Shown in pieces: positions 27,614 to 38,251 of a stretch of DNA of 53,180 nt (positions are counted from its first letter, which is position 1; every line of letters begins with the position of its first letter). The stretch comes from Gemmatimonadaceae bacterium (GTDB lineage: Bacteria; Gemmatimonadota; Gemmatimonadetes; Gemmatimonadales; Gemmatimonadaceae): positions 1 through 53,180 of the forward strand of contig JBBDYA010000005.1 in NCBI GenBank assembly GCA_040902005.1, in the 5' to 3' direction. The position numbers and the translations under genes were made by a program. The notes beneath the pieces were generated by a model, which was not told the origin of the DNA, did no database searches, and was given only the letters and a program-made list of their open reading frames with translations.

Positions 27614-28822
27614 ATGAGGGCATTCGCGACGACCGTGGCGTGCGTGATGGCATTGGCCGCCTGCCAGCCCGACGGCTCCCTGGAAAATCCCGACTGCGAC
27701 GCGAACGGAGCCGCGATCACCGACACCAGTGTCGGACCCCTCTTCCTCGATGAATCGGTTGGTTCACTGCGCGTGCGATGTGCGGCCGTATCCGACACCA
27801 CCGTGATCCTGCCGATGGTGGGCTGGGTGGATACACTTTCCGCGAAGCGTCTCGTGCTCATCGGCGTCCCCGTGCTGGCGCTGCACGAGGGCGGGCGCGT
27901 CGTCGCGCTCCGACTCACGTCGCCGGGCCTGCTGACGTGGGATTCGATCGAAGTCGGCACCAGCGTCGCGCGGTTCGCCAACAAGCGCGGCATGCGCGTG
28001 TCGCAACCCAGCCATTCGCGGGCGGTGCTGCTGCAGGACCGCGGGCGCTGCGGTACGACGTTCGAGCTGTCCGGCTGGGGCGAAATCCTGCTTCCCGCGG
28101 AGGACGACCCGCCGATCACGGGTCGCGCGCTGGCCGCGTGGCCCGATTCGATCGTGGTGCGCGCAATCACGGTGTCGCGCTGCCGGGATGCGTCGAGTCA
28201 TCTGGCGGTGGACAGCGCCTTCGACGCGGTGGACGACTCGCTCAACGCCGCTGCCGCCGCGTCGGACTCGGTTCCGCTTCCGGGCCTCACACCGTCAGTG
28301 GCGCTCGCGCCCGTGCCGCCGGCGCCGACGATTCAACCCGCGCCCCCGGCCGCCAACACGACTGGTATTGCAACCGCATCGGAGCTCGCCGCGCTTCGGA
28401 AACTGCTGCACGTTCCCGTGCGCGGCGTCGCGCGGGGGCAGTTGCTGGATACGTATTCCGAGGCGCGGGGCACGCGAGTGCACGAAGCGATCGACATCCG
28501 GGCGCCGCGCGGCACGCCCGTGCTCTCCGCAGCCGACGGCACGCTGATGCGCCTCTTCGACAGCGAGACTGGTGGCCTCATGGTGTACGCGGCGGATCCG
28601 ACGGACCGCTTCATTCTGCTGTACGGCCACCTGGACCGGTACGCGAGCGGAGTGCGCGACGGCATGCCTCTGCAGCGCGGGCAGGTGATCGGGTACGTCG
28701 GCACCACCGGCAACGCACCCATCGGAACGCCGCATCTGCATTTCGGCATTCTCCGCGGCCGCCCATCCGTGAATTGGTCTCGCGGTGTCGCGGTGAATCC
28801 CTATCCGTTGCTGGTGCCGTAG
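27614..28822 (+). CDS. Lipoprotein with unknown N-terminal domain and C-terminal M23 metallopeptidase
   Basis: Lipobox LAAC; HEAIDI.A..GTPV, YGHL, GYVG.TGNA, PHLHF, NP. Confidence 0.85.
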   Translation: MRAFATTVACVMALAACQPDGSLENPDCDANGAAITDTSVGPLFLDESVGSLRVRCAAVSDTTVILPMVGWVDTLSAKRLVLIGVPVLALHEGGRVVALRLTSPGLLTWDSIEVGTSVARFANKRGMRVSQPSHSRAVLLQDRGRCGTTFELSGWGEILLPAEDDPPITGRALAAWPDSIVVRAITVSRCRDASSHLAVDSAFDAVDDSLNAAAAASDSVPLPGLTPSVALAPVPPAPTIQPAPPAANTTGIATASELAALRKLLHVPVRGVARGQLLDTYSEARGTRVHEAIDIRAPRGTPVLSAADGTLMRLFDSETGGLMVYAADPTDRFILLYGHLDRYASGVRDGMPLQRGQVIGYVGTTGNAPIGTPHLHFGILRGRPSVNWSRGVAVNPYPLLVP

Positions 28823-28861
28823 CGGACAACGGGTCCGCGCGCGCCGGCGGGAGGGCAGTGA

Positions 28862-29797
28862 CTACGGCTTGACGACCGACCCGTTGGCCGTTGCCGCCTG
28901 CCGCACATCGGGCGGCGGCGGCGGCCGCACCCCCGTGATCGCCTTGATCGGTCGACGCGAAATCTCCGTCAGGAGATTGGTCAGCACCGCCGACGCCTGA
29001 TCCAGGTTCGCCAGGGTGCTCGTGATCTGCGGCTGGCTTTCGTCCAGGAACCCGGTCGCGCGCGCGATTGCCGCGCGCGAATCGCCCAGCAGCGCACGCA
29101 CCGAGTCCAGCGTCGCCACCGTCACCGGCGTGATCGAGTGCAGATCCCGGAGCAGGGAATCCGCCGACGCCAGGTTCGAGCGCACGCCCCCCATCACCTC
29201 GGGCAGATCCCGGTTCACCGACGCGATCATCGCATTGGCGCTCCGCATCGTGGCCGTCGCGTTCGCCACGGTGGCGTCCAGCGACGCCACCAGCTTCTCC
29301 ACGCTGGCGATCACCAGGCGCAGGTCGCGCCCCACGCTGTCCACCACGAGCTGCATCCGGTTCGTCGTGCCCCCCTGCTGCACGCTCGGGATCACGTCAC
29401 CCGGCGTGAGCAGCGCGCCTGGCTCCTTCGGCATCTCCAGCACGATTTGCCCCCGGCCGATGTCCAGCGTGGGCGGCACCACGCGCGCGCGCAATCCCTG
29501 GACGAGCGGCATCGGCGCGTCGTTCTCCAGCTTCCACACCAGGTCCATGCGCACGCGGAACACCAGCCGGCCGTCCTCGGCGATGCGCGGATGCACCTCG
29601 CTCACGCGGCCCACGTTGAACCCGTTGAGGATGACGGGGCTCTCCGCGCCCAACCCCTCCACCGTGGTCACATCCGTATACAGGGGTGCCACGTTCCGGC
29701 CCCACACGCGCCCCACCCACATGAAGCTCACGACGCCGAGGAGAAGCGCGCCCAGCACCATCAGCCCCACCCGAAAGTCCGTGTTGTCCCACTTCAT
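28862..29797 (-). CDS. mlaD: MlaD/MCE-family protein
   Basis: N-terminal TM, GL...SPV.LNG..VG.V MCE motif and a long helical C-terminus. Confidence 0.8.
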   Translation of the reverse strand: MKWDNTDFRVGLMVLGALLLGVVSFMWVGRVWGRNVAPLYTDVTTVEGLGAESPVILNGFNVGRVSEVHPRIAEDGRLVFRVRMDLVWKLENDAPMPLVQGLRARVVPPTLDIGRGQIVLEMPKEPGALLTPGDVIPSVQQGGTTNRMQLVVDSVGRDLRLVIASVEKLVASLDATVANATATMRSANAMIASVNRDLPEVMGGVRSNLASADSLLRDLHSITPVTVATLDSVRALLGDSRAAIARATGFLDESQPQITSTLANLDQASAVLTNLLTEISRRPIKAITGVRPPPPPDVRQAATANGSVVKP

Positions 29798-30448
29798 CTA
29801 TGCCGCCATCCTGAAACCGTCATCGTCCCACACCGAGGTCGCGTCCGCGAACTCGTGGAGGATACCATCATTCCGGTGCGTCGCAATGAGCATCGTCTCC
29901 ACCTGCATCTTGCAAAGCGAGAACAGCCGGCGCGTCTCGCGCGCGTCCACCGACGGCAACGGGTTGTCCAGCATCAGCATCGAGGGCCGCGGCGCCAGCG
30001 CCCGCGCCAGCGCGGCGGTCTGTCGCACCTCTGCCGGAAGTGCCGCGGGACGAAGGTCCGCCCACATCGTGAGATGCATGACGCTCAGCATCTTTTCGGA
30101 CCGATCGAGCGCGTCCTCGAACTGGAGGCCCGTCGCGTAGATCAGCGGCACGATCAGGTTCATGCGCAGCGTGAGGTTCGCCACCAGACCGTCCGGCTCC
30201 AGCGCGCTGCCGATGTCGCGGCGCAGCGCGCGTATGTCGGCGCGTCCCAGGCGCCACGGTTCGCGTCCGTCCACGACCACCTGTCCGCTGACCGGCTCCG
30301 AAAACCCCAGGCAGAGACGGAAGAGTGGGGCACTGAGCGCCGACCGCGTGCGAATCACATGCGCCGTGCCGCGCGGCACCTGGAACGAGACCGGATGCGA
30401 CCAGCGCGTGGCGCCACGCTCCCCCTGCACCAGACTGACGTCGATCAC
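29798..30448 (-). CDS. MlaF-like ABC ATPase-fold protein with degenerate catalytic motifs
   Basis: 216 aa. ABC scaffold (P..G.V.VDG, NL..PL, ALARAL...P, IATH) but no Walker A, and Walker B reads LMLDN. GTGA overlap with mlaE. Confidence 0.8.
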   Translation of the reverse strand: MIDVSLVQGERGATRWSHPVSFQVPRGTAHVIRTRSALSAPLFRLCLGFSEPVSGQVVVDGREPWRLGRADIRALRRDIGSALEPDGLVANLTLRMNLIVPLIYATGLQFEDALDRSEKMLSVMHLTMWADLRPAALPAEVRQTAALARALAPRPSMLMLDNPLPSVDARETRRLFSLCKMQVETMLIATHRNDGILHEFADATSVWDDDGFRMAA

Positions 30449-31275
30449 AGCAGCGCCTGCGCCAGGGTGAACAGGGCCGACACGGCAAAGACGTACACCA
30501 TCGCGATCACCACGCCGCGTGTCACGCTCTGCGGAATGGCCGCTGGCGTGCGCGCCGCGCGCAGCCCGGACCAGCAGCACACGACGGCCGTGCCCAGTCC
30601 GAAGATCGTTCCCTTCAGGAGCACGAGCGGAACGTCCCACTGCGAGAGTCCCATGCGCAGCGATTCGAGATAGTCGCCGGGGGAAAGCTTGGCCAGCAGG
30701 GAGGTGGCCATCAGCCCGCCGAAGATGGCGAGCGCGTCGAAGTACACGGCGAGCAGGGCCACCGAGATGGCGCATCCTGCCAGGCGTGGAATCACCATAT
30801 ACTGCACCGGGTCCACCCCCAGCGCCTCGAGCGCGGTGACCTCGCCCATCACCCGTGACGTGGCCAGCTCGGACGCGATCGCCGTCCCGGACCGCGCCAC
30901 GACGATGATGGCGGCGAACAGCGGGCCAAGTTCGCGCACGATGATCGTGGCCAGCAGCTGTCCCAGTGCCTCCGAGACGCCGAATCGCACGGCCTGGGCA
31001 TGCGCCTGTGCGATCACCAGCGCCCCGATCAGGAGGGCGAGCCCCGAGATGATCATCATCGCGTCCACCGCGGTGAAGCGCACCTGGAGCATGAGCACGC
31101 GTCCGAACATGCGCCGCGCACTCGGGGACATCGTCGCGATCGCGCGGGCGCACGATCCCACGAATCGCACGGCTTCCACCGTGATGGCGCCCTTGCTTCG
31201 CACGCCGCCACCGAGGGCGGTGAGCCCGGTGAACGTGAGTTCGCGTGAGGGGCGCGTTGCCGCGGGTATCGCCAT
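30445..31275 (-). CDS. mlaE: MlaE-family ABC permease
   Basis: IVRELGPL..AIIV.ARSGTAIASELA, ALEALGVDPVQY.VIPR. Confidence 0.9.
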   Translation of the reverse strand: MAIPAATRPSRELTFTGLTALGGGVRSKGAITVEAVRFVGSCARAIATMSPSARRMFGRVLMLQVRFTAVDAMMIISGLALLIGALVIAQAHAQAVRFGVSEALGQLLATIIVRELGPLFAAIIVVARSGTAIASELATSRVMGEVTALEALGVDPVQYMVIPRLAGCAISVALLAVYFDALAIFGGLMATSLLAKLSPGDYLESLRMGLSQWDVPLVLLKGTIFGLGTAVVCCWSGLRAARTPAAIPQSVTRGVVIAMVYVFAVSALFTLAQALL

Positions 31276-31544
31276 GACGTGAATGGACTTCGGCCGGAGG
31301 CACGGGGTTGGCCAGCTCGAGGCGCTGGCGTCTGACAGCACGCCAAGCTGTGGCCGCACGCACGTCCCGTCAACCGCGTCACACGCGCCGGTTCTTGACT
31401 TGTCGCGCGCAGTCCACGAAAATCCGAGAGTTTGCCTCGGGATTGCGTCAAGTGCCTGACCCTGCGTTACTTGAAGCGTCGCGTGTGGAGCCGGGTCCGA
31501 AGCGAAATCACCTTCCTGGCGTTGCGCCCTACCTGAATCTCAAA

Positions 31545-32582
31545 ATGACTTCCAGGCTGCATTTGATGTTCGGCTTTCGCCCCGCATTTACGACTGCGAT
31601 TGCCGCGGTTGTGCTCGGTCCGTCGGCGTCGCCGGCCCAGCAGGCCGTGCCCAACGAGGTCGTGGTCTATTCGTCGCGCTCGCATTATGGCGCTGAGAAG
31701 GTCTTCGAGGACTTCACGCGCACGACGGGCATCGCCGTCCGGTTCTTCAGTGGCAACAACAATGAGGTGATCGAGCGGCTCAAGGCGGAAGGCGCGCGCA
31801 CCTCGGCGGACGTCCTGCTGACAGTGGATGCTGGCAACCTCTGGTACGCGGCCTCGCAGGGGTTGCTCCAGCCCGTGGAATCCGCGACGCTGACGGCCAA
31901 CATTCCGGAGCACCTGCGCGACCCCGAGCATCGGTGGTTCGCGGTGGCGGTCCGCGCGCGCACCATCATGTACAGCACGGAGCGCGTAGCGCCCTCGGAG
32001 CTGTCCACGTACGCGGCGCTCGGCGACCCCAAATGGAAGGGACGCCTCTGCCTGCGCACCTCGACCGCGACCTACAACCAGTCGCTGCTCGCCTCGTTCA
32101 TCAAGGTGCACGGCGAGCCGCACGTGGAGCAGATGGTGCGCGCCTGGGTAGCGAACGATCCCGTGTACATCAACGGGGATACGCAGATCCTCGAGGCGAT
32201 CGCCGCGGGACGCTGCGACGTGGGCATCGCGAATTCCTATTACCTCGGCCGCTTGCTCGCGCGGCGTCCCGACCTGCCGGTCCGCCCGTTCTGGGCCGAT
32301 CAGGACGGCAAGGGAGTGCACGTGAACATCTCGGGGAGCGGCGTCGTGCGCTGGGCGCGCAATCGGGCCAACGCGGTGCGCCTGCTCGAGTATCTGTCGA
32401 CACCGGCGGCGCAGGAGGCGCTCTCGCACGCCAGCTTCGAGTACCCGGCGAATCCGGTGGTGGCGCCGCTCGACGTGCTTCGGTCGTGGGGCGCGTTCAA
32501 GCCGCAGACGATCGGGGTCGCAGCCGCAGGGCAGTTCCAGGCCGTCGCGGTGAAGCTTGCCGACCGGGCCGGATACCGCTGA
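31545..32582 (+). CDS. Fe(III) ABC transporter substrate-binding protein (FutA/FbpA-like)
   Basis: VYSSRSHY, ADVLLTVDAG, YNQSL, ANSYY (di-Tyr iron ligands), HVNISG, EYP. Start uncertain (31545 or 31566). Confidence 0.9.
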   Translation: MTSRLHLMFGFRPAFTTAIAAVVLGPSASPAQQAVPNEVVVYSSRSHYGAEKVFEDFTRTTGIAVRFFSGNNNEVIERLKAEGARTSADVLLTVDAGNLWYAASQGLLQPVESATLTANIPEHLRDPEHRWFAVAVRARTIMYSTERVAPSELSTYAALGDPKWKGRLCLRTSTATYNQSLLASFIKVHGEPHVEQMVRAWVANDPVYINGDTQILEAIAAGRCDVGIANSYYLGRLLARRPDLPVRPFWADQDGKGVHVNISGSGVVRWARNRANAVRLLEYLSTPAAQEALSHASFEYPANPVVAPLDVLRSWGAFKPQTIGVAAAGQFQAVAVKLADRAGYR

Positions 32583-34227
32583 ACGGCGCGCGCCGCGCGC
32601 GGGAGCGTGGCGGCGCTGGCTGATCGTCACCACGGTCCTGGCGGGGATCGTCACCCTGCCGCTCGTGGCGGTCGTGTGGAACGTGTTCACGCCGCGCGCG
32701 GACGTCTGGGCACACCTGGCGCAGACGCGGCTGTGGGCACTGATGGGCGGCACCGTGTCGCTGCTGGTCGCGGTCGGCGCGATGGTCGCCGTCCTGGGCA
32801 TCGGGCTGGGCTGGCTGGTGGCCACGCATCGCTTTCCGGGGCGCGGCTTCTTCGAGTGGGCGCTGGTGCTGCCGCTGGCGATGCCGGCGTACGTGATCGG
32901 ATTCACGTTCATCTCCGTGTTCGACTACGGCGGACCCGCGGCGTCGCTGGCGGGCGCCGCCTTCGGTTCCGCCGCGTGGTTGCCGGAGCCACGGTCGTTC
33001 GGGGCGCTCGCCGTGGTGATGGCGCTCGTGCACTACCCGTACGTCTACCTGTTGGCGCGCGCGGCCTTCCGCGATCGCAGCACCCAGTACCTTGATGCCG
33101 CGCGCAGTCTGGGCCTCCGCCCCATCGCCGCGTTCCGTCGTCTCGCGCTGCCCCTCGCGCGTCCCGCGATCGCGGCCGGTCTCGCGCTCGCGCTGATGGA
33201 GACGCTCGCCGATTTCGGCACGGTGTCCATCTTCAACCATTCAACGCTTACCGTTGCGGTCTATCGCGTGTGGTTCGGGATGTTCGATCGTGTGGCCGCC
33301 GGGCAGCTCGCCACGGTGCTGCTGCTCTTCGCCGCGGGACTCATCGCCCTGGAGCGGTGGGGTCGCGGCGGGGCGCGGTTTGCGCCCTCGGGATCCTCCG
33401 CGTTCGCATCACCGCGGGAGTTGCGAGGGCATTCGCGCTGGATGGCCACCACGGTATGCGCCGCCGTCTTCACCCTCGCTTTCGCGCTTCCCACGCTCGT
33501 GCTCGTGGGCTGGTCCGTGCCGGCGCTGGGTGACGCGGACGTGATGGGACGGTTCCTGCCGCAGGCGCGGAACTCCGCGATCGCCGCCGGCGCCGCCACC
33601 GTGGTGTGCGTGGCCGCCGCCCTCGCGCTCGCGTACGCGGCGCGGCTGGCGCGACGCGCGTTTCTCGACCGGTTGTCGCACGTGGCGCTGCTCGGCTATG
33701 CCATCCCGGGGTCCGTGATCGCCGTGGGCGTGCTGGGCGTGCTGGCCGTGGTGGATCGCGCCACGGGAGCGACGGCCGCGGCGCTCGGCGCGGGCACGCC
33801 GCCGCTGCTCGTGACCTCGGCGGCCGGTCTCCTGTTCGCGTACGTCGTCCGGTTTCTCGCGGTGGCATACCTGCCCATCCGGGCGGGGCTGGACCGCATC
33901 GCCCCGTCGATCGACGAAACCGCGCGCGTGCTGGGAGCCTCGCCGATGCGACAGGCCGTGGAGGTGCACGGCCCACTGCTGTGGATGTCGGTGCTGGGTG
34001 CCGCGCTGCTGGTATTCGTGGATACCATGAAGGAAATGCCGGCGACCATGCTCATCCGCCCGTTCGGATTCGACACGCTGGCCGTGGGCGTGTGGCAGGC
34101 CACTACCGAGTCGCTGTGGGTGTACGCCGCGCCACCGTCGCTCGCGATGGTCGTGGTGGGGAGCGTGGTGCTTGTGGCGGTGGGACGTCTCGCGCGGTTT
34201 CACGTGCCGCTCGGAGGCACGTTGTGA
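32557..34227 (+). CDS. Fe(III) ABC transporter permease (FbpB-like)
   Basis: LPLAMPAYV, YPYVYL, LPLARPAI, METLADFG, GYAIPG.V, KEMPAT; duplicated TM module. Start uncertain. Confidence 0.9.
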   Translation: MPTGPDTAERRAPRAGAWRRWLIVTTVLAGIVTLPLVAVVWNVFTPRADVWAHLAQTRLWALMGGTVSLLVAVGAMVAVLGIGLGWLVATHRFPGRGFFEWALVLPLAMPAYVIGFTFISVFDYGGPAASLAGAAFGSAAWLPEPRSFGALAVVMALVHYPYVYLLARAAFRDRSTQYLDAARSLGLRPIAAFRRLALPLARPAIAAGLALALMETLADFGTVSIFNHSTLTVAVYRVWFGMFDRVAAGQLATVLLLFAAGLIALERWGRGGARFAPSGSSAFASPRELRGHSRWMATTVCAAVFTLAFALPTLVLVGWSVPALGDADVMGRFLPQARNSAIAAGAATVVCVAAALALAYAARLARRAFLDRLSHVALLGYAIPGSVIAVGVLGVLAVVDRATGATAAALGAGTPPLLVTSAAGLLFAYVVRFLAVAYLPIRAGLDRIAPSIDETARVLGASPMRQAVEVHGPLLWMSVLGAALLVFVDTMKEMPATMLIRPFGFDTLAVGVWQATTESLWVYAAPPSLAMVVVGSVVLVAVGRLARFHVPLGGTL

Positions 34228-35273
34228 CGACGCCCATGCTGGAGCTGCGCGACGTATCGCGGCACTATCGCGGCGCAGGCATGCCCGCGGCGGAGCGCGT
34301 GTCGCTCACCGTGGGGCGTGGCGAAATCTGCGCCGTGCTCGGACCGAGCGGCGCGGGCAAGACCACGGTGCTGCGTCTCATCGCGGGATTCGAGCAGCCG
34401 GATCACGGGACCGTGACGTTGAATGGCGAGGTCGTCTCGTCCACGCAGTTCTCGCTCCCGCCCGAGGACCGGCACGTCGGGGTCGTGTTCCAGCACGGAG
34501 CCCTGTTTCCGCACCTCACCGTGCGCGAGAACGTGGAGTTCGGACTGCGCCGGCGCGCGCCCCGGGATCGCGCGGAGCGTTGGCGTGTGGTTGCCGAGCT
34601 GTGCGGGTTGGGCGCGTTCGCCGAGCGGTATCCGCACGAGATGTCCGGCGGCGAGCAGCAGCGCGTTGCCCTCGCGCGCGCGCTGGCGCCCGAGTTTCCG
34701 CTCGTGCTGCTCGACGAGCCGCTGTCCAATGTGGATCCGCTTCGGCGCGAAGCACTGGGCGCCGACGTCCGGCGGATTCTCACCGCCACCGGCACCACGG
34801 CCGTGCTCGTGACGCACGACCAGCACGAGGCGTTCTCGCTGGCGGATCGCATCGCCTTCATGCGTAACGGAGCCATCGAGCAGGCGGGAACGGCAGAGGA
34901 GGTCTATCGCACACCGGTCACGGCCTTCATGGCATCGTTCGTGGGACACGCGACGTTCCTTCCCGGCGAGTGTCGTGGCGGACAGGTGATGACGGAAATC
35001 GGTGCGTTCACCGACCTGCGGTCGCATCCGGACGGCACCGCCGTGCGGGTGCCGATTCGCCCCGGGGATTGCTCGCTCGAGGATGCCGATCAAGGCGAAT
35101 CCATCATCGAGACCGCGACGTTCGCCGGCGATCACTGGATCTGCACCGTGCGCCTGCCGTCGGGACAGCCGCTTCGGTGCGACATCGACACGGCGCCTCG
35201 CGCATTTCTCTGCGATGGCACGCGCGTCCGCGTGGTGCCGCGCATTCGCGCCGCCGTCACGTTCGCGGGCTGA
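34224..35273 (+). CDS. Fe(III) ABC transporter ATP-binding protein (FbpC-like)
   Basis: GPSGAGKTT, MSGGEQQR, LLDEP, VTHD; C-terminal TOBE-like region. Confidence 0.92.
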   Translation: MTTPMLELRDVSRHYRGAGMPAAERVSLTVGRGEICAVLGPSGAGKTTVLRLIAGFEQPDHGTVTLNGEVVSSTQFSLPPEDRHVGVVFQHGALFPHLTVRENVEFGLRRRAPRDRAERWRVVAELCGLGAFAERYPHEMSGGEQQRVALARALAPEFPLVLLDEPLSNVDPLRREALGADVRRILTATGTTAVLVTHDQHEAFSLADRIAFMRNGAIEQAGTAEEVYRTPVTAFMASFVGHATFLPGECRGGQVMTEIGAFTDLRSHPDGTAVRVPIRPGDCSLEDADQGESIIETATFAGDHWICTVRLPSGQPLRCDIDTAPRAFLCDGTRVRVVPRIRAAVTFAG

Positions 35274-35336
35274 TTCCGGCCGTGGGCGCCGGTCACTTGG
35301 CCTCCGTCACGGGCCGTACCTTATATTCCTCCCCTG

Positions 35337-35882
35337 ATGGCACCACCGCCGCCTCTCATGGATTCCCGCGCGCTCGCACGAACACTGCGGCGCATGGCCG
35401 ATGAAATTGTCGAGCTGAACGAGGGGACCGAGGGGCTGGTGATCATGGGGATCCAGCGGCGCGGGGTCCCCCTCGCACAGCGGTTGGTGGCGCTGATCGC
35501 CGAGCGCGAAAAGGTGACCGTTCCGCAGGGGGCCTTGGACATCACCCTCTATCGCGACGACCTCCAGACCGTGGGACCCCGGCCGGTGGTGGGCGCCACC
35601 AGCATCCCGGTGGACGTCGACGGCAGGCACGTCGTGATCGTGGACGACGTGCTGTATACCGGCCGGACCGTGCGGGCCGCGCTCGATGAGCTCGCGGATT
35701 TCGGCCGGCCGCGCCGCATCGCGCTCGCCGTCGTCATCGACCGTGGGGGGCGGGAGCTGCCGATCGCGCCAGACGTGGTGGGGAAGAAGGTCGAGGTGCT
35801 CCCCGGCAGGCGCGTGGACGTCTTCGTCAGCGAGCTCGATGGGCGCGACGAGGTTGTGCTCGCCCGGGTGGACGGCGCATGA
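35337..35882 (+). CDS. pyrR: Bifunctional pyr regulator / uracil phosphoribosyltransferase
   Basis: [35 protein letters not shown]. Confidence 0.96.
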   Translation: MAPPPPLMDSRALARTLRRMADEIVELNEGTEGLVIMGIQRRGVPLAQRLVALIAEREKVTVPQGALDITLYRDDLQTVGPRPVVGATSIPVDVDGRHVVIVDDVLYTGRTVRAALDELADFGRPRRIALAVVIDRGGRELPIAPDVVGKKVEVLPGRRVDVFVSELDGRDEVVLARVDGA

Positions 35883-36844
35883 AGCCGGGCTCTGCGCTGG
35901 GAAAGGACCTCCTCGCCCTCGAGCCGCTGTCGTCCGAACAGATCAAGCTGATTCTCGATACCGCGGAACCGTTCAAGGAGATCAGCGAGCGCGCCATCAA
36001 GAAGGTGCCCACGCTGCGCGGTGCGACGATCGTGAACCTGTTCTTCGAGTCCAGCACGCGCACCCGCGTCTCGTTCGAATTCGCCGAGAAGCGGCTGTCC
36101 GCGGACACGGTCAACGTCGCGTCCAGCGGGTCCAGCGTGTCCAAGGGCGAAACGCTGGTGGACACGGCGCGCAATCTCGAGGCGATGCGCATCGACATGG
36201 TCGTGATCCGCCACGGCGCGAGTGGAGCCGCGCAGTTCCTCGCCAGCCGCATCGAGAGCAACGTGATCAACGCGGGCGACGGCACGCACGAGCACCCCAC
36301 GCAGGGACTGCTCGACCTGCTCACGCTGCGCGACCACTTCAAGACGCTCGACGGCATCAAGGTGTGCATCGTGGGCGACGTGCTGCACTCGCGCGTGGCG
36401 CGCTCCAACATCTGGGGGTTGCGGAAGATGGGCGCCGAGGTGGGCGTGTGTGGCCCGCGCTCGCTGCTGCCCAATGCCATCGATGACTGGGACGTGCACG
36501 TGTTCGACCGCATCGAGGCCGCGATCGAGTGGGCAGACGCGCTGAATATCTTGCGATTGCAGCTCGAGCGAATGCAGCTCGGTTATATCCCGAGCCTTCG
36601 GGAATACAACCGTGTGTTTGGAGTTACGCGCGAACGGCTGGACCGCGCCGGGCGCGACATCCTCATCCTGCACCCGGGCCCGATGAACCGCGGCGTCGAG
36701 ATCGACTCCGACGTGGCGGACGGACCCTTCAGCGTGATACTCGACCAGGTGACGAACGGCGTGGCCGTGCGCATGGCCGTCCTGTACCTGCTGAGCGGCG
36801 GCAAGCCGGAACTCGCCGAAAAGGCAAAGGGCGGCGTGCCATGA
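35879..36844 (+). CDS. pyrB: Aspartate carbamoyltransferase catalytic subunit
   Basis: [33 protein letters not shown]. Confidence 0.97.
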   Translation: MKPGSALGKDLLALEPLSSEQIKLILDTAEPFKEISERAIKKVPTLRGATIVNLFFESSTRTRVSFEFAEKRLSADTVNVASSGSSVSKGETLVDTARNLEAMRIDMVVIRHGASGAAQFLASRIESNVINAGDGTHEHPTQGLLDLLTLRDHFKTLDGIKVCIVGDVLHSRVARSNIWGLRKMGAEVGVCGPRSLLPNAIDDWDVHVFDRIEAAIEWADALNILRLQLERMQLGYIPSLREYNRVFGVTRERLDRAGRDILILHPGPMNRGVEIDSDVADGPFSVILDQVTNGVAVRMAVLYLLSGGKPELAEKAKGGVP

Positions 36845-38145
36845 CCACCCTGATCCTTGCGGGCGGGCGGGTCGTGGATCCGACGCAGAAGCTCGATGAG
36901 ATCACCGACGTCGCGATCGTCGATGGGAAGATCGATTCCATCGGGCGTGGGCTGGCCACAGGCTCCGGAAAGCGTACCGCGAAAGACTCCGAGGGCGCGG
37001 AGGTAATTGACTGCGCGGGGCTGGTGGTGTCGCCCGGATTCATTGACGTGCATTGCCATCTGCGGGAACCGGGCAGGGAGGACGTGGAGACCATTGCCAC
37101 GGGCGCGGCCGCGGCGGCGGCGGGCGGATTCACCGCGGTGTGCGCGATGCCCAACACCGATCCCGTCACCGACAACCAGGCCGCGGTGGGATTCGTGGTG
37201 CGCCAGTCCATCCGCGCGGGCATGGCGCGCGTCTATCCCATCGGCGCGATCTCCGTCGGCCAGAAGGGGGAGACGCTGGCGGAGTTCGGCGAAATGGTGA
37301 GCGCGGGCGCGGTCGCGGTCAGCGACGATGGCAGACCGGTGGTCAGCGCGCACCTCATGCGCACCGCGCTCGAGTACGCCCGCACCTTCGATGTCCCGGT
37401 CGCCGACCATTGCGAGGAACCCACCCTCGCCAGCGGAGGGGCGATGAACGAGGGCCCCACCAGCATGCGACTGGGGCTCAAGGGGATTCCCGCGGAAGCC
37501 GAGGAGATCATGGCGATCCGGGACATCCTCCTGGCTCGGCGCACCGGCGGGCATATCCACCTGTGCCACATGAGCACCCGTGGCTCGGTCGAACTCATCA
37601 AGTGGGGCAAGGATCGCGGCATCCGTGTCACCGCAGAGGTCTGCCCGCACCATCTGTCGCTGACGGAAGACGCGGTGGAGAACTACAACACCCAGGCGAA
37701 GATGAATCCGCCGCTCCGGCTCGCAGACGACGTTGCCGCGCTCCAGCAGGCGGTGAAGGATGGTGTGATCGACGTCATCGCCACCGACCACGCGCCGCAC
37801 CACTATGACGAGAAGGAGCGCGAGTTCGCGGACGCTCCCAACGGCATCGTCGGCCTGGAGACGGCACTCGCGGTGAACATCACGTGGCTCGTCAAGACGA
37901 AGATCATCGGACTGCCCCTCCTGGTGGAGAAGATGTCGTGCGCTCCAGCACGGATCTTCCATCTCCCCGGTGGTTCCCTGAGGCGTGGGTCGCCGGCTGA
38001 CGTCACCATCTTTGACCCGGGCGCCGAATGGGTGGTGGACGCCTCGAAGTTCCGCACCAAGGGACGCAACACGCCGTACCAGGGGATGACCCTGGCCGGC
38101 AAGGTGCACTACACCATCATCGACGGCCGAATCGCGTACCGCTGA
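36841..38145 (+). CDS. pyrC: Dihydroorotase
   Basis: [36 protein letters not shown] overlap with pyrB. Confidence 0.96.
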   Translation: MTTLILAGGRVVDPTQKLDEITDVAIVDGKIDSIGRGLATGSGKRTAKDSEGAEVIDCAGLVVSPGFIDVHCHLREPGREDVETIATGAAAAAAGGFTAVCAMPNTDPVTDNQAAVGFVVRQSIRAGMARVYPIGAISVGQKGETLAEFGEMVSAGAVAVSDDGRPVVSAHLMRTALEYARTFDVPVADHCEEPTLASGGAMNEGPTSMRLGLKGIPAEAEEIMAIRDILLARRTGGHIHLCHMSTRGSVELIKWGKDRGIRVTAEVCPHHLSLTEDAVENYNTQAKMNPPLRLADDVAALQQAVKDGVIDVIATDHAPHHYDEKEREFADAPNGIVGLETALAVNITWLVKTKIIGLPLLVEKMSCAPARIFHLPGGSLRRGSPADVTIFDPGAEWVVDASKFRTKGRNTPYQGMTLAGKVHYTIIDGRIAYR

Positions 38146-38251
38146 ACCCTTCACCAGCAGCCATACCCTGACCGAGAGACCGACCGGCAGCCGCCGACAC
38201 AGGAATCAGGGCGCCGACCAGGCGTCGCCGCTTGCGGCTGTCGTCCAGTTG

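Noticed and set aside
31390..31545. Possible riboswitch (TPP-like fragments) or Fur box in the leader of the iron ABC operon.
   Set aside because: Core TPP and cobalamin consensus elements are incomplete and there is no convincing Fur palindrome; only short generic hairpins and a weak TTGACT-N17-GAAAAT.
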